DNA of 64,000 bases from NCBI GenBank assembly GCA_965248925.1, contig CBDFLE010000006.1, forward strand, positions 2,624,001-2,688,000, written 5' to 3'. The notes under the pieces were generated by a model, which worked only from the letters and a program-made list of their open reading frames with translations, had not been told where the DNA came from and ran no database searches. Both the position numbers and the translations under genes were made by a program. This DNA comes from Candidatus Multivoradales bacterium. GTDB lineage: Bacteria; Acidobacteriota; Thermoanaerobaculia; Multivoradales; J023. Numbering within the stretch: position 1 is the stretch's first letter; each line of letters starts with the position of its first letter. Positions 1-10,299 of this stretch are shown piece after piece.

Positions 1-877
1 CCAGCGGGTGGTAGTCATACAGGCGCGGTACGAACGAGCAGATGACGAATCCGGGTCCGGCGAAGGTCTGATGGATGGGCGGCGGCATATGCACCCGGCC
101 GGTAATCGGCTCGAAATCCTCGATGTTGAAAGCGTAAGGCCACAGATGCCCGTCCCAGCCCACTACGTCGAGGGGATGGCGACCATAGAAGAAGCGTGAG
201 ATCTGCCCGCGGGCCTTGACCCGCACCTCAAAATCTCCCTTTTCGTCGTGAGTGCAGAGCTTGTCGGGCGGTCTGATATCGCGCTCACAAAACGGCGAGT
301 GCTCGAGGAACTGGCCATAGTTGTTCAAGTAGCGCTTGGGCGGTATGACGTGGCCAAATGCTTCGATGACCAGCAGTCGCTGCGCGACCCCGGAGTCGGG
401 AATCAACCGCCACATCACACCGGTGGGAATCACCAAGTAGTCACCCGGTCGATAGCGCAGTTCGCCGAACTGGCTCTCCAAGATGCCCTCACCTTCATGA
501 ACGAAAAGCACCTCGTCGCCATGGGCGAAGCGATACCAATAGTCCATCGCTTCGGTGGGCCTGACCAGCGACAGCACCACATCGCTATTGCCCATCAATG
601 CGACCCGGCCCTCGATGGCATCACCCCCCGCCGCGACCGCCGCAGAACGCAAGTGGCGCGGGCGCAGCCTGTCGCGCTCCTCATAGTCCAAATCGGCATG
701 GCGCAGCACCTCGACCCGATGCACTTCGGTGGGCGGATGGAGGTGGTAGAGGATCGACTGGATGCCGTCGAAACCATGGATGCCCATCAGCTCTTCATGA
801 TGCAAAGAGCCGTCTGTCTTGCGGAATTGCGTATGGCGCTTGTGGGGTATCTGGCCCAGCTTGTAATAGTAGGTCAT
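1..877 (-). CDS. hmgA: Homogentisate 1,2-dioxygenase, runs off the left window edge
   Basis: Not in the ORF track because no stop lies in the window. Manual translation from ATG 877 gives MTYYYKLGQIPHKRHTQFRK...GDEVLFVHEGEG...HPLDVVGWDG...RVHMPPPIHQTF...ICSFVPR. Sits directly downstream of hppD. Confidence 0.9.
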   Translation of the reverse strand, partial: MTYYYKLGQIPHKRHTQFRKTDGSLHHEELMGIHGFDGIQSILYHLHPPTEVHRVEVLRHADLDYEERDRLRPRHLRSAAVAAGGDAIEGRVALMGNSDVVLSLVRPTEAMDYWYRFAHGDEVLFVHEGEGILESQFGELRYRPGDYLVIPTGVMWRLIPDSGVAQRLLVIEAFGHVIPPKRYLNNYGQFLEHSPFCERDIRPPDKLCTHDEKGDFEVRVKARGQISRFFYGRHPLDVVGWDGHLWPYAFNIEDFEPITGRVHMPPPIHQTFAGPGFVICSFVPRLYDYHPL

Positions 878-906
878 GGTCTGCCTCGTAGTTTCGGCGT
901 CATCCG

Positions 907-1995
907 CTACAGGTTTCCGCGCACTTCCTGCTCGCGCTCGATGGCTTCGAAAAGAGCCTTGAAATTGCCCTCGCCGAAACCTCGGCTGCCCTTGCGCTGG
1001 ATGATTTCGAAGAACAGGGTCGGCCGGTTGACCACCGGCTTGGTGAACAACTGCAGGAGGTAACCCTCGTCGTCTCGGTCGGCGAGGATGCCCAGCGGTC
1101 GTAGTGAGTCGTAGGATTCGTCGATTTCGCCGATACGATCTGGCAGCTCGTCGTAGTAGGAATCTGGCACGGTCAAGAAATCGACTCCCTGCTGGCGCAG
1201 GTGATTTACCGTCTTGACGATGTCGCGGGTCAGCATGGCGATGTGTTGCACCCCCGCGCCACCGTAGAAGTCGAGATACTCCTCGATCTGACTCTTCTTG
1301 CGCCCTTGAGCGGGTTCGTTGATCGGGAATTTGATGGCGTAGGAGCCGTCCGACATGACAATCGACATCAACGCGCTGTACTCGGTGGAGATCTGATCCT
1401 GATCGAATTTGAGCAAACGTCTGAAGCCGAGCACATCGCTGTACCAGTTGGCCCAGGTCTCCATCTTGCCCAACTCGACATTGCCCACCACATGATCGAA
1501 ACGCAGCAAGCCAGCGTCAGGGGCGGCAATCGGCCACGCTTCGAAGCCGGGCATGAACGGGCCGTCGTAGCCGTGGTGGGAAATGAAGGAATGCACGGTC
1601 TCGCCATAGGTCTTGACCGACGCCGTCTTGACCTGGCCATGGGAGTCTTCGACCACCTGTGGCTCGGTCGCCGCCTCGGCTCCCCGCCCGACGGCAGCGG
1701 CGAAGGCATCTTCAGCGTCGTCGACCAGGAAGGCGATGTCTTTGACCCCGTCGCCGTGACGCCTGACGTGGTCGTTGATCTCCGAATCAGGATCCATCGA
1801 GGAGGTCAGCAGCAACCGCGCCTGGCCTTGCTCGAGGGCATGGGTGGTGCGCTGACGATTGCCGGTTTCCAGCCCACAGTAGGCGAATTGCGAGAAGCCA
1901 AACGCATTACGGTAGAAATAGGACGCTTGTGAGGCCTCGCCGACCCACATTTCTATATGGTGGATTCGGCGAAGTCTTGGCGGTTTTTGCTCCAT
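907..1995 (-). CDS. hppD: 4-hydroxyphenylpyruvate dioxygenase
   Basis: Motifs [50 protein letters not shown]. Confidence 0.97.
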   Translation of the reverse strand: MEQKPPRLRRIHHIEMWVGEASQASYFYRNAFGFSQFAYCGLETGNRQRTTHALEQGQARLLLTSSMDPDSEINDHVRRHGDGVKDIAFLVDDAEDAFAAAVGRGAEAATEPQVVEDSHGQVKTASVKTYGETVHSFISHHGYDGPFMPGFEAWPIAAPDAGLLRFDHVVGNVELGKMETWANWYSDVLGFRRLLKFDQDQISTEYSALMSIVMSDGSYAIKFPINEPAQGRKKSQIEEYLDFYGGAGVQHIAMLTRDIVKTVNHLRQQGVDFLTVPDSYYDELPDRIGEIDESYDSLRPLGILADRDDEGYLLQLFTKPVVNRPTLFFEIIQRKGSRGFGEGNFKALFEAIEREQEVRGNL

Positions 1996-2153
1996 CTTCT
2001 GCAACCTCTCAACGACTCTGTCAGGCCCGCAAGGGACCGGATGATTGCCATGTATCCATGCAAGCTATCACGCCCCTCGGCAGATCGTCACCACCCCGCC
2101 GGGGGGCTAAAGGGCGGTGCAACTTAAGCGATGCGAACTAACTAAGCAGGGGT

Positions 2154-4406
2154 CTAAGCTGGCGCGACGGCCGCGGGTGGAGGCCGGCGATTGGCTGAGA
2201 AACAGTAGACCACCGCGGAGCCTAACCGCTGTGACCGGCCCGGTCCGAGTTGCACCATTTCGCCCTGCTGGCCGAGCACTTTCTCGGCTGGCCAGGGAAG
2301 CTCTACCGCGAGTTCTTGGTCGACACTCCAAGCCACCGCTACTTCACCTCCAGCGGCAGCAGCAAAGAGCAGCAAGTAGCTGCGCGGCGGCGACTCCAAT
2401 CGGCGCAAGAATGTGCTGCCGGCAAGCTGCCGCTCAAGAGTCGCCAGAGCGGCGAAGGCGGGGCGGCGGCGGCCAGGAGCCCCTTTCTCCGCTACCGCGA
2501 TCAAACCGTACCCCTGGGCCACCAACTGCCACCAGTAGACGCGCTCGGCACAGCCACTGGTGAGCGCTAGCAAGTAGTAGCGCACCAGATAATCGGCCTG
2601 GGCCGATTCATCGACCGCAACCTCGCGACCCGCTGGCGAGTGCGGCCCCTCCCGCAGCGGCCAGTTGACCTCGGTGACCCACGAACGGCCGGCACAGCCT
2701 CTAGCGGTGTCGGCAATCGCTTGCGCCAAAACCAATTTGTCCACCGTGTCGAAGCCCAGTTGCGAGTTCTCAGGCGCCCCCCGCCGATCGACGTAGAGCA
2801 GGCTGGCCAGGGCATCGAAGGGGGGCATGGTGGTCTTGGTATTAACCAGCGCCGCGGTGATGTGGAGTTCGAAATCGATCACCGCCGGTCCGGCAAGTTC
2901 GACCCCTGGATGCAGCCGCAGCACTTCCGAGGCTTGTTCCGCCAAATGCAGATACTCGCCATAACGCCACACCCCCCACTTGCTGCGATTGGGCGCCTGA
3001 CCGATCTGGAAGCTGCGGCCAAGGGGCACGAACAGCTCAGCCAGCTGCTCGATCTGCGCTCGCCAGCGTGCCGGGTCTCGCGCCAAGTCGCGATTTTGCG
3101 GCAGGGAGAAGGTCAGCTCGTGACCGCGGCGATGCAGTTCGGTCGCTAGCTCGAACTCGGCCTGATGATCGTCATCCCACGGGTGGAGGCGTAGCAGAAT
3201 GTGGTGGACCCCGAGATCCTCTACCGCCTGCAAGAGCTGATCCTCAGCCCCTGGCGCCGGCCGCAGTCCGATTCCAGCCCCTTTGAAGAGCAGGGGTTGA
3301 CGGTAGAGCCCGGCCTGGAGCTGACGGTAGCGACGCCAGATTCGCGGTGCCGCGGTGCTCAGCGAAGCGGCAAAACCGAGATGGCTGCGTAGATCAGCAA
3401 TCCGGATAGTGAGCTTCTCCAACCGACCAGCATGCTGATGGGGTTGATCCGAGAAACGGTCCCAAACCGCCTTGTCGCGACTTCCAGCGGCCGCAGGCGC
3501 GGCGGGCATCTGGCCATGGGGCGGCCGCCGCGGGGTCAAGCCATCGCGCAGTGTTCGCAGACGGCCGCGAAACGCTTTCTTGGAACGTATCTTCCAACGG
3601 AAACTACGGTGGAACCACTGATAGAGAAACCAGCGCCGGCCAGCAACCCCAGCCTCACCCCAGTAGGCGTCGAGAAACACCTGCTGATCTTGGTGCCGGA
3701 AGATCTCCAACCGGCAAAGATCTCGGCTGCGGGTCAGCACCCCCAGACGCTCGCGACGACGGGCTCGGTTGAGGTCTACGAGGTAGATCTTCGACAAATC
3801 CAACTTGCCGTCGGCGATCGGCGTCAGCACGTTGCCGATCGACAGATCGCGGTGGAACAGGCCCCGGTCATGCATTCCCCTGGCGGCACGCCCGAGAGCT
3901 TGCAGGTAAGCAACAAAGTCGACCCGAGGAAAGTCCTCCGCCTCGCTACCAGCATTGCGGGACAGCAAGAGGTGGCGCGCCTCGACGGTTATGCCGAGAT
4001 CACGGGTTATGAAGAAGGACGGTCCATCCGGGCGCCGGCTCTCGGCCAACATCAGGGGCTCGGCAGTGGCAATGCCAGCCGCGGCAAAGGCCAGCGCCAT
4101 GCGCCAGCTGCGGCGCGCCTTGTCTTCGCCACGCCGCCGCCGCCAGCGCTCGCGCAAGCCGGTGTTGGGGAATTGCTTGACCACTACCGCCAGCGTGCCA
4201 CCAGGGGTCTGCAAATTGGCGCGGTAGAGGTAGTTGCGACCCCAATGCACGGTTTCGCCAGCGGCCTGCGGGTCGGTCAGGCGCGCCAGCTCCGCCGCCA
4301 AGTCGACCGGGCGATGGCTGCTGACTAGCTCGCCGACCAGATCTGTCAGCTGAAAGGGTTCGACGGGTAGCTCATTGGCTGGGGTCGAGTCGGCTTGCGC
4401 GATCAC
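2154..4406 (-). CDS. Fusion of a Kdo/WaaP-family sugar kinase domain and a clan-A-like glycoside hydrolase domain
   Basis: N-terminal VVVKQF, HRDLSIGNVL, LVDLNR. C-terminal QIGQAPNRSKWG, WVTEVNWPL, ERVYWWQL. Start codon overlaps the rng stop (GTGA). Confidence 0.75.
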   Translation of the reverse strand: MIAQADSTPANELPVEPFQLTDLVGELVSSHRPVDLAAELARLTDPQAAGETVHWGRNYLYRANLQTPGGTLAVVVKQFPNTGLRERWRRRRGEDKARRSWRMALAFAAAGIATAEPLMLAESRRPDGPSFFITRDLGITVEARHLLLSRNAGSEAEDFPRVDFVAYLQALGRAARGMHDRGLFHRDLSIGNVLTPIADGKLDLSKIYLVDLNRARRRERLGVLTRSRDLCRLEIFRHQDQQVFLDAYWGEAGVAGRRWFLYQWFHRSFRWKIRSKKAFRGRLRTLRDGLTPRRPPHGQMPAAPAAAGSRDKAVWDRFSDQPHQHAGRLEKLTIRIADLRSHLGFAASLSTAAPRIWRRYRQLQAGLYRQPLLFKGAGIGLRPAPGAEDQLLQAVEDLGVHHILLRLHPWDDDHQAEFELATELHRRGHELTFSLPQNRDLARDPARWRAQIEQLAELFVPLGRSFQIGQAPNRSKWGVWRYGEYLHLAEQASEVLRLHPGVELAGPAVIDFELHITAALVNTKTTMPPFDALASLLYVDRRGAPENSQLGFDTVDKLVLAQAIADTARGCAGRSWVTEVNWPLREGPHSPAGREVAVDESAQADYLVRYYLLALTSGCAERVYWWQLVAQGYGLIAVAEKGAPGRRRPAFAALATLERQLAGSTFLRRLESPPRSYLLLFAAAAGGEVAVAWSVDQELAVELPWPAEKVLGQQGEMVQLGPGRSQRLGSAVVYCFSANRRPPPAAVAPA

Positions 4407-5980
4407 TGCTGGCCGCTCCGCGTCACCTCGACTTCGAATTTCTGGTGGTGAATCCGGTGCTCGCTCTCGAGCTCTATCTCGGTGCCGAGTTCGATCTCGA
4501 CCTCTTGCAGAACCGCCTGCATCGAGGTACGCAGCACCTGCGCCAAATCGGGATGGACCCGGACCGTAATGCTGTCGATCGGTCGGCTTCCCCGCCGTTC
4601 AAGCAGATAGTTGCGCAATTGCAGACACACCGTGGTCAAAGAACGGATACGCCCCGAGCCCGCACAGTGCGGACACCCCTGGGTCATGATTCGTTCCAGA
4701 CTCGGCCGACTGCGCTTGCGGGTGATTTCCACCAGACCGAACTCGGAGATTTGCAGCGCCTTGTTCTTGACTTGATCTTTGGCCAGTTCTTCGAGCAGGG
4801 CTTGGAAAACCTGCTCGCCATGCTCCGGCTCGGACATGTCGATCAGATCGATGACGATGATGCCACCCAGGTTGCGCAGCCGCAGTTGCCGGGCAATCTC
4901 GCGCACCGCCTCCAAATTGGTGGTCAGGACGGTGTCTTCGAGGTTGATGCGCCCCACATAGCGGCCGGTGTTGATGTCGATCGCCACCAATGCTTCGGTC
5001 TGGTGGATAACGATATGTCCGCCTGATTTCAACCACACTTTGCTGCGCAAGGCAGCGGCGATCTCGTCTTCGACACCGAAATTCTGCAACAGATGCTCGT
5101 CGCGGAGCCACGGCTTGACCAAGTCCACCAGGGACGGCTGGACATCGGCAAGAAAGCCACGCACTTCGCGGTATGTGGCATCCCCCTCGATCCACAGCTC
5201 GGCATAGTCGCTGCTCAACAAGTCGCGAACCACCCGGCGTGCCAGGTCCAGGTCCCGATGCAGCAAAGATGGGGGTTCGACCTGCCCAGCGCGCTGCTGG
5301 ATCTTCTGCCACAGCTGGATCAAATATGCGCTGTCGGCAGCCATTTCCTCGGCGCCGCAACCCTCGGTGGCGGTGCGGGCGATCAAACCACCCAGATCTG
5401 GCTGTAGTTCACCGAGGAGCTGCCGCAAGCGCTCGCGTTCGCCTTCGTCCTCGATACGCCGTGAAACGCCCAAATGGCAAACCCCGGGAAGCAACACCAG
5501 ATAGCGCCCCGGCAGGGTGATCTGAGTGCTCACCCGGGCACCTTTGTTGGGCATGGCATCCTTGAGCACCTGCACTACCAGCTCTTGGCCAGGTTTCAAC
5601 AAATGCTCGATCGGCGGCCAGTCGACGGTTTCAGCGCTGCGCCGGCCAGTCTTCTCGACCGCGGTCTCGGCCGGTGGCGGATCTTCCGACGACGGATCCT
5701 CCGGAGGCGGCTCACCGGTCTCTGACTCGGCCGTCCCCTGCACCGCTTGGCGGGCCTCCATCACCTCGCTGACATAGAGGAACGCATCTCGCTCCAAACC
5801 GATGTCGACAAACGCCGCCTGCATCCCTGGCAGCACCCGATTGACCCGGCCACGGTAGATATTGCCCACCACCCCGAGGCGCTGATGGCGCTCAATGTAC
5901 AGCTCGCTGAGCTGACCGTCTTCGAGTATCGCAGTCCGTGTTTGGTACGGATCGCTCTCGATGAGCATTTTCTTCCTCAC
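4403..5980 (-). CDS. rng: Ribonuclease E/G family (RNase G)
   Basis: S1 domain GNIYRGRV...PGMQAAFVDIG; AIDINTG; GGIIVIDLIDM; CPHCAGSG zinc link. Confidence 0.93.
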   Translation of the reverse strand: MRKKMLIESDPYQTRTAILEDGQLSELYIERHQRLGVVGNIYRGRVNRVLPGMQAAFVDIGLERDAFLYVSEVMEARQAVQGTAESETGEPPPEDPSSEDPPPAETAVEKTGRRSAETVDWPPIEHLLKPGQELVVQVLKDAMPNKGARVSTQITLPGRYLVLLPGVCHLGVSRRIEDEGERERLRQLLGELQPDLGGLIARTATEGCGAEEMAADSAYLIQLWQKIQQRAGQVEPPSLLHRDLDLARRVVRDLLSSDYAELWIEGDATYREVRGFLADVQPSLVDLVKPWLRDEHLLQNFGVEDEIAAALRSKVWLKSGGHIVIHQTEALVAIDINTGRYVGRINLEDTVLTTNLEAVREIARQLRLRNLGGIIVIDLIDMSEPEHGEQVFQALLEELAKDQVKNKALQISEFGLVEITRKRSRPSLERIMTQGCPHCAGSGRIRSLTTVCLQLRNYLLERRGSRPIDSITVRVHPDLAQVLRTSMQAVLQEVEIELGTEIELESEHRIHHQKFEVEVTRSGQQ

Positions 5981-6061
5981 CTAGTTCTTTCCTCTTACGC
6001 TAATCATCACATGCTGAGCGCGGCCGCGGCGGAATCTTCGGATCAGGACGGGGAAGAAAGT

Positions 6062-7204
6062 CTAGCGATTCACATAGCGGCGAAAATCGACGCCCAAAAT
6101 AATGCCGGTACCGATGAAGTTGACCAGCGTGAACGAACCGCCGTAAGACAGGAAGGGTAATGGAATACCGGTAATGGGCAACAGTCCGACCACCATCGCC
6201 GTGTTGTAGAACACATGCGTCGCCAGCGCTGCCAACAGTCCGGCGACCAGCAGTACCGCGGTTCTCCCTCGGCCTCGCATGGCTATTCGCGCCGCTGAAC
6301 TGAGGTAGAGGGTGTAGAGCAACAGCACCGCGGCCACCCCGGCAAAGCCCCACTCCTCAGCCAGCACAGCCATGATGAAGTCGGTGTGCCGCTCCGGCAA
6401 GAAGCGCAGTTGGCTCTGTGTGCCCTGACCATAGCCCTTGCCCAGCAACTGCCCCGAGCCCACCGCGATCTTGCTCTGTCGCGCCTGATACCCAGCCCCC
6501 AAGGGATCGCTTGCCGGCGACAGGAAGCTGGCGACCCGCTGACGCTGGTAGTCGTGCAGAGCAAAGCTCCACAGTCCACCGGCGATCACCAACCCGAGCA
6601 CCACCGCCGCCAGCAAATGACGAACCCGCACTCCGGTGACCAGCAACATGCCGACCAGCAGCGGCATCAACATGGCGGCGCTGCCCAAGTCGCTTTCGAG
6701 AGCGATCAACAACATTGGCAGGCCGGCGATGGCACACGACACGAGAATCTCGCGCAGTTCCAGATGGGACCGACGAATGGTAGTCAAGTAGCGAGCGAGC
6801 ATCAAAGCAGTGGCGAGCTTGGCGAATTCTGAGGGCTGGATGCCGGTAGAGCCCAGAGTCAACCAACTACGAGCCCCTCCCGCTACCCGGCCGGCGAACA
6901 ACACCAGCACCAGCAGAAAAATTGCCAGGCCGTAAAGCGCTGCCGCCCGATTGACCAGCGATCGATAGTCAAAGCCGAAGGCCACAGCCATCCCCACCAG
7001 GCCGAGGGCGAGACGCAAAGCGTGCTTCACCAGATAGGTGGTTTGCAGCTCTGAAGTGGCACTATGCACCGTCGCCAGGCCGATCAGCGACAGCAGCACA
7101 GCAGCCACCAACGGCCCCCAATGCACGTTGCCCAGGCGACGCAGCGGGGTGCTGTCGTCAGGAATCGCTACGACGCGCGAGATCGGCTGCGAAAAACTTC
7201 TCAT
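6062..7204 (-). CDS. rodA: Rod shape-determining SEDS protein RodA (start uncertain)
   Basis: IQPSEFAK, DLGSA, FLPERHTDFI, GIPLPFLSYGGS; follows mrdA. Confidence 0.95.
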   Translation of the reverse strand: MRSFSQPISRVVAIPDDSTPLRRLGNVHWGPLVAAVLLSLIGLATVHSATSELQTTYLVKHALRLALGLVGMAVAFGFDYRSLVNRAAALYGLAIFLLVLVLFAGRVAGGARSWLTLGSTGIQPSEFAKLATALMLARYLTTIRRSHLELREILVSCAIAGLPMLLIALESDLGSAAMLMPLLVGMLLVTGVRVRHLLAAVVLGLVIAGGLWSFALHDYQRQRVASFLSPASDPLGAGYQARQSKIAVGSGQLLGKGYGQGTQSQLRFLPERHTDFIMAVLAEEWGFAGVAAVLLLYTLYLSSAARIAMRGRGRTAVLLVAGLLAALATHVFYNTAMVVGLLPITGIPLPFLSYGGSFTLVNFIGTGIILGVDFRRYVNR

Positions 7205-8951
7205 ACATCGCCCTGGCGAGAGGTGCCGCCGCTCGTGAACCCGTGCCGCCGTGCTCAACAAAAACCACCACCACCAGGCGGGGTTCGTCGAACGGAGCAA
7301 AGGAGGTGAACCAGGCGTGGTCGCGCAACTCCGGCGGCAAAGACTCGCTTCGGGTCCAGCTCTCTTGGTGCACCACTTGAACGGTGCCGGTCTTGCCCGA
7401 AATCTCGAAACCGGCCACATGGGCTACTTTGGCGGTGCCCTTCTTGCCATGAACCACGCTGTACATGCTACGGCGAACCAACTCCATGTGCCGCGGCTCG
7501 ATCTTCAAGTCTTCCTCGATCTGCGGTTGGTCACTCTCCACTAGCCTTGGCTGCAAGCGGCGGCCGCCGTTGGCCACCGCCGCGGTCATCACCGCGATTT
7601 GCAACGGTGTGGTCAAGATCGGGCCTTGGCCGATCGCCACCGATAAGGTCTCGCCCGGATACCAGCGCTCGCGACGAAAATTAAGACTCCACTGGGTGTC
7701 GGGAACCAGTCCTTTCTTCTCCCCTCGCAGATCGATTCCGGTGCTACTACCAAGGCCGAAGAGCCGAGCATAGCGCGCGATGGCGTCGATCTCCAGCTTC
7801 TGACCCAACTGGTAAAAGTAGATATCGCAAGAACGCTCCAAGGCGTCGTGCAGATTGACTGTACCGTGACCACTGCGCCACCAGCACCGCCGCCGTTGGC
7901 CATAGAACTTCGCCGCACCGCGACAGACCACTGTGTCTTGAGGGCGCACCACCCCTTCCTTCAAACCCGCCACGGCCATGACCAATTTGAACAAAGATCC
8001 GGGTGGGTAGGTGTTCTGTATCGCCCGGTTCTGCAGTGGGTGGTGAGGATTGTCGATCAGCGCCAGCCACTCCTCACGACCCAAGCGACGGGCAAAGTGG
8101 TTGGGGTTGAACGACGGCGAGGAGACCATCGCCAGGACGTTGCCGTCGCGCGGATCCATCGCCACGATCGCTCCGACATGATCCTCGAGCAAGCGAGCCG
8201 CTTCCTGTTGCAGCGCCAGGTCGAGGGTCAAGCGCAGATCGCCGCCAGCGCGCCCGAAGCTGCGCTGATGTTCTTCCACTTGCCGACCCCGGCTGTCGAC
8301 CACCACCACCCGATGGCCTGCCGCGCCACGAAGCAGGTTTTCATAGACCCCTTCGAGTCCCTGTTTGCCCAGCAAATCACCGCCACGGTAGGGCTCTCCC
8401 AAGCGTCGCAGTTCATCGCTGGTGACTTCCCCCAGATACCCCAGCACATGGGCGGTCTGATGAGCGTGGCGGTAGAGCCGCAAATGTTCGACCTCCATCT
8501 CGAACTCGGGATGCTCTAGGTGTTCGACCCCAAAGCGCGACACCTGCGCCAAGGACAATCCCTCGGCCAACCGCACCGGCTGAAAGGTTGGCACCGAACG
8601 GTAGCGGTCGAGCACTTTGGCCAACAGCTCACTCTGTTGCTCGAGGATTGGCGCGGCGAATTGCAGACTCGCCGGCGGCGAGGCGCTCAAGCTGCGATCG
8701 AGAAAGAGGTTGTAGCTCGGAACGTTCTCCACCAGCGGCAGGCCCTTGCGGTCGAAAATCAGCCCTCGAGGCGCCACGATAGCGTGCTCCCGCAAGCGAT
8801 TGTTCTCCGCCAACTCACGGTAGTAGTCGCCGTTGACTCCCTGCGCGAACCAGTAGCCGGTGGCGATGATCAGGATCACCAACTGGGCCAGGCGACTCAG
8901 GCGCGAGACCCGGAGGGCCAGCAAGCGACGATATTGGCGACTCTTAACCAT
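7158..8951 (-). CDS. mrdA: Penicillin-binding protein 2
   Basis: SxxK (GSLFK), SCD, KTG (SGKTGT), DHAWF; in the mre operon. Confidence 0.95.
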   Translation of the reverse strand: MVKSRQYRRLLALRVSRLSRLAQLVILIIATGYWFAQGVNGDYYRELAENNRLREHAIVAPRGLIFDRKGLPLVENVPSYNLFLDRSLSASPPASLQFAAPILEQQSELLAKVLDRYRSVPTFQPVRLAEGLSLAQVSRFGVEHLEHPEFEMEVEHLRLYRHAHQTAHVLGYLGEVTSDELRRLGEPYRGGDLLGKQGLEGVYENLLRGAAGHRVVVVDSRGRQVEEHQRSFGRAGGDLRLTLDLALQQEAARLLEDHVGAIVAMDPRDGNVLAMVSSPSFNPNHFARRLGREEWLALIDNPHHPLQNRAIQNTYPPGSLFKLVMAVAGLKEGVVRPQDTVVCRGAAKFYGQRRRCWWRSGHGTVNLHDALERSCDIYFYQLGQKLEIDAIARYARLFGLGSSTGIDLRGEKKGLVPDTQWSLNFRRERWYPGETLSVAIGQGPILTTPLQIAVMTAAVANGGRRLQPRLVESDQPQIEEDLKIEPRHMELVRRSMYSVVHGKKGTAKVAHVAGFEISGKTGTVQVVHQESWTRSESLPPELRDHAWFTSFAPFDEPRLVVVVFVEHGGTGSRAAAPLARAMYEKFFAADLARRSDS

Positions 8952-8954
8952 CGT

Positions 8955-9476
8955 TCAGCGGACCTCCATCTTGACTTTGCGATGACGCTGCCGACGCCAC
9001 CCCTGTTCCCACGTTCTGAACCTTCGCGACATTAGAAAGAGCCCGAGACCCGCCAAGCCGGTGGTGAGGATCTTGGCAACCATCGTACCCGGTCCGGGCA
9101 GTTCGCCCTGATGGACCAGCAAGAACTGCAAAGCGGAGAGGGTCGCCACCTGCAAGGCAGCGGCAAAGGCAAACAACAGCCCTACCTGCAGCGGCTGCTG
9201 AAAAACAAATTGCTGCTGCAGTCGCGAACAGACGTAGCTGACCACCGTGTTGGCGAAACCGTGGATCCCAAACAACCCGCCGCTGAGCGCGTCTTCACTC
9301 AACCCGATGATCGAGCCGCCAAAGATATTCCAACCCAGGCTGCCAGCAAGACTCTGAAACACCACCAACACCAGGAAAGGGTCGAATAGGGTCGAGAAAT
9401 CGCCACTCAGGCGCAAGCCGACCCCATGCATCGTGGCCGCCAGCAGCAGGCCGAGCAACCACCTAAGGAACCGCAC
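8955..9476 (-). CDS. mreD: Rod shape-determining protein MreD
   Basis: Hydrophobic protein between mreC and mrdA; GLSEDALSGG; GTG start after AAGGAGG. Confidence 0.85.
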   Translation of the reverse strand: MRFLRWLLGLLLAATMHGVGLRLSGDFSTLFDPFLVLVVFQSLAGSLGWNIFGGSIIGLSEDALSGGLFGIHGFANTVVSYVCSRLQQQFVFQQPLQVGLLFAFAAALQVATLSALQFLLVHQGELPGPGTMVAKILTTGLAGLGLFLMSRRFRTWEQGWRRQRHRKVKMEVR

Positions 9477-10299
9477 CGGACAGCGCCTCCTTGATCGCCG
9501 TGGGAACCGACTCCAGAGCCACCACATCGACCTGGTCGAGCAACATGAAATCGATCACTGGGTGAATGCGAATATGGTGAAAGAGGTCCGAGCCTGGTTT
9601 GACCGAAGCGACTTTGCCGATCGGAATGCCGCGGGGAAAGATCCCGTCCATGCCGGCGGTGACCACCTCGTCACCTGTTCGCACGTCACTCTGCAGTGGC
9701 ATGTAGAGCATGTCCAAACCCTGCTTGCCATCACCCTGGACAATGCCTTGGCGGCGGGTCCGGCGAATCATCGCGCTGACCGACGACGAGCGGTCGGTGA
9801 TCAGCTGCACTTTCGCGTAGCGGCCAGCGGCCAGCACGATCCGCCCCACTAGGCCATCGCCGCTGACCACCGGCTGATTCTTGCGCAGCTCAGCAGTGCC
9901 GGTGTAGAGCACCATCGACTGCAACCAGGATTTGTAGTCGATGTAGACCACGTCAGCGACGAAGTAGCCGTTCGGCAGACGTCGCGCGTAACCGGTCGAA
10001 CTCTTCAAACGCCGCAGCTCTTCCTCCAGCCCTTGCAAGCGCATCAGATCACGGCGGGTGCGGTCGAGCTGCTGATGCAGCAGGGTGTTCTCCGCCCGGA
10101 GGCTAGCCCGGGTGCTGAAGGACTCGAAAAATCCATCCAGCGAACGGTCCGCCGTGGCTACCGCGTGCGCCACCGGTGCCAGTCCGGCCAGCGCCAGCCG
10201 CTCCAGCGGACTGTCGCGAGCTTGCTGCCGCGAAGACAGAAGGACCAACTGGCCCAGCAGCAGAGTGACAAAGAGCAGTCTCGTCCAGCGTCCGTTCAC
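9463..10299 (-). CDS. mreC: Rod shape-determining protein MreC
   Basis: N-terminal TM and coiled coil; GLVGRI, VVTAGMDGIFPRGIPIGKV; GTG start overlaps the mreB stop. Confidence 0.93.
   Translation of the reverse strand: MNGRWTRLLFVTLLLGQLVLLSSRQQARDSPLERLALAGLAPVAHAVATADRSLDGFFESFSTRASLRAENTLLHQQLDRTRRDLMRLQGLEEELRRLKSSTGYARRLPNGYFVADVVYIDYKSWLQSMVLYTGTAELRKNQPVVSGDGLVGRIVLAAGRYAKVQLITDRSSSVSAMIRRTRRQGIVQGDGKQGLDMLYMPLQSDVRTGDEVVTAGMDGIFPRGIPIGKVASVKPGSDLFHHIRIHPVIDFMLLDQVDVVALESVPTAIKEALSGAVP

Noticed and set aside
248-1063. Long antisense ORFs here and at 3432-4328, 20548-21651 and 40952-41875
   Set aside because: Shadows of real genes in high-GC DNA, with no recognisable motifs
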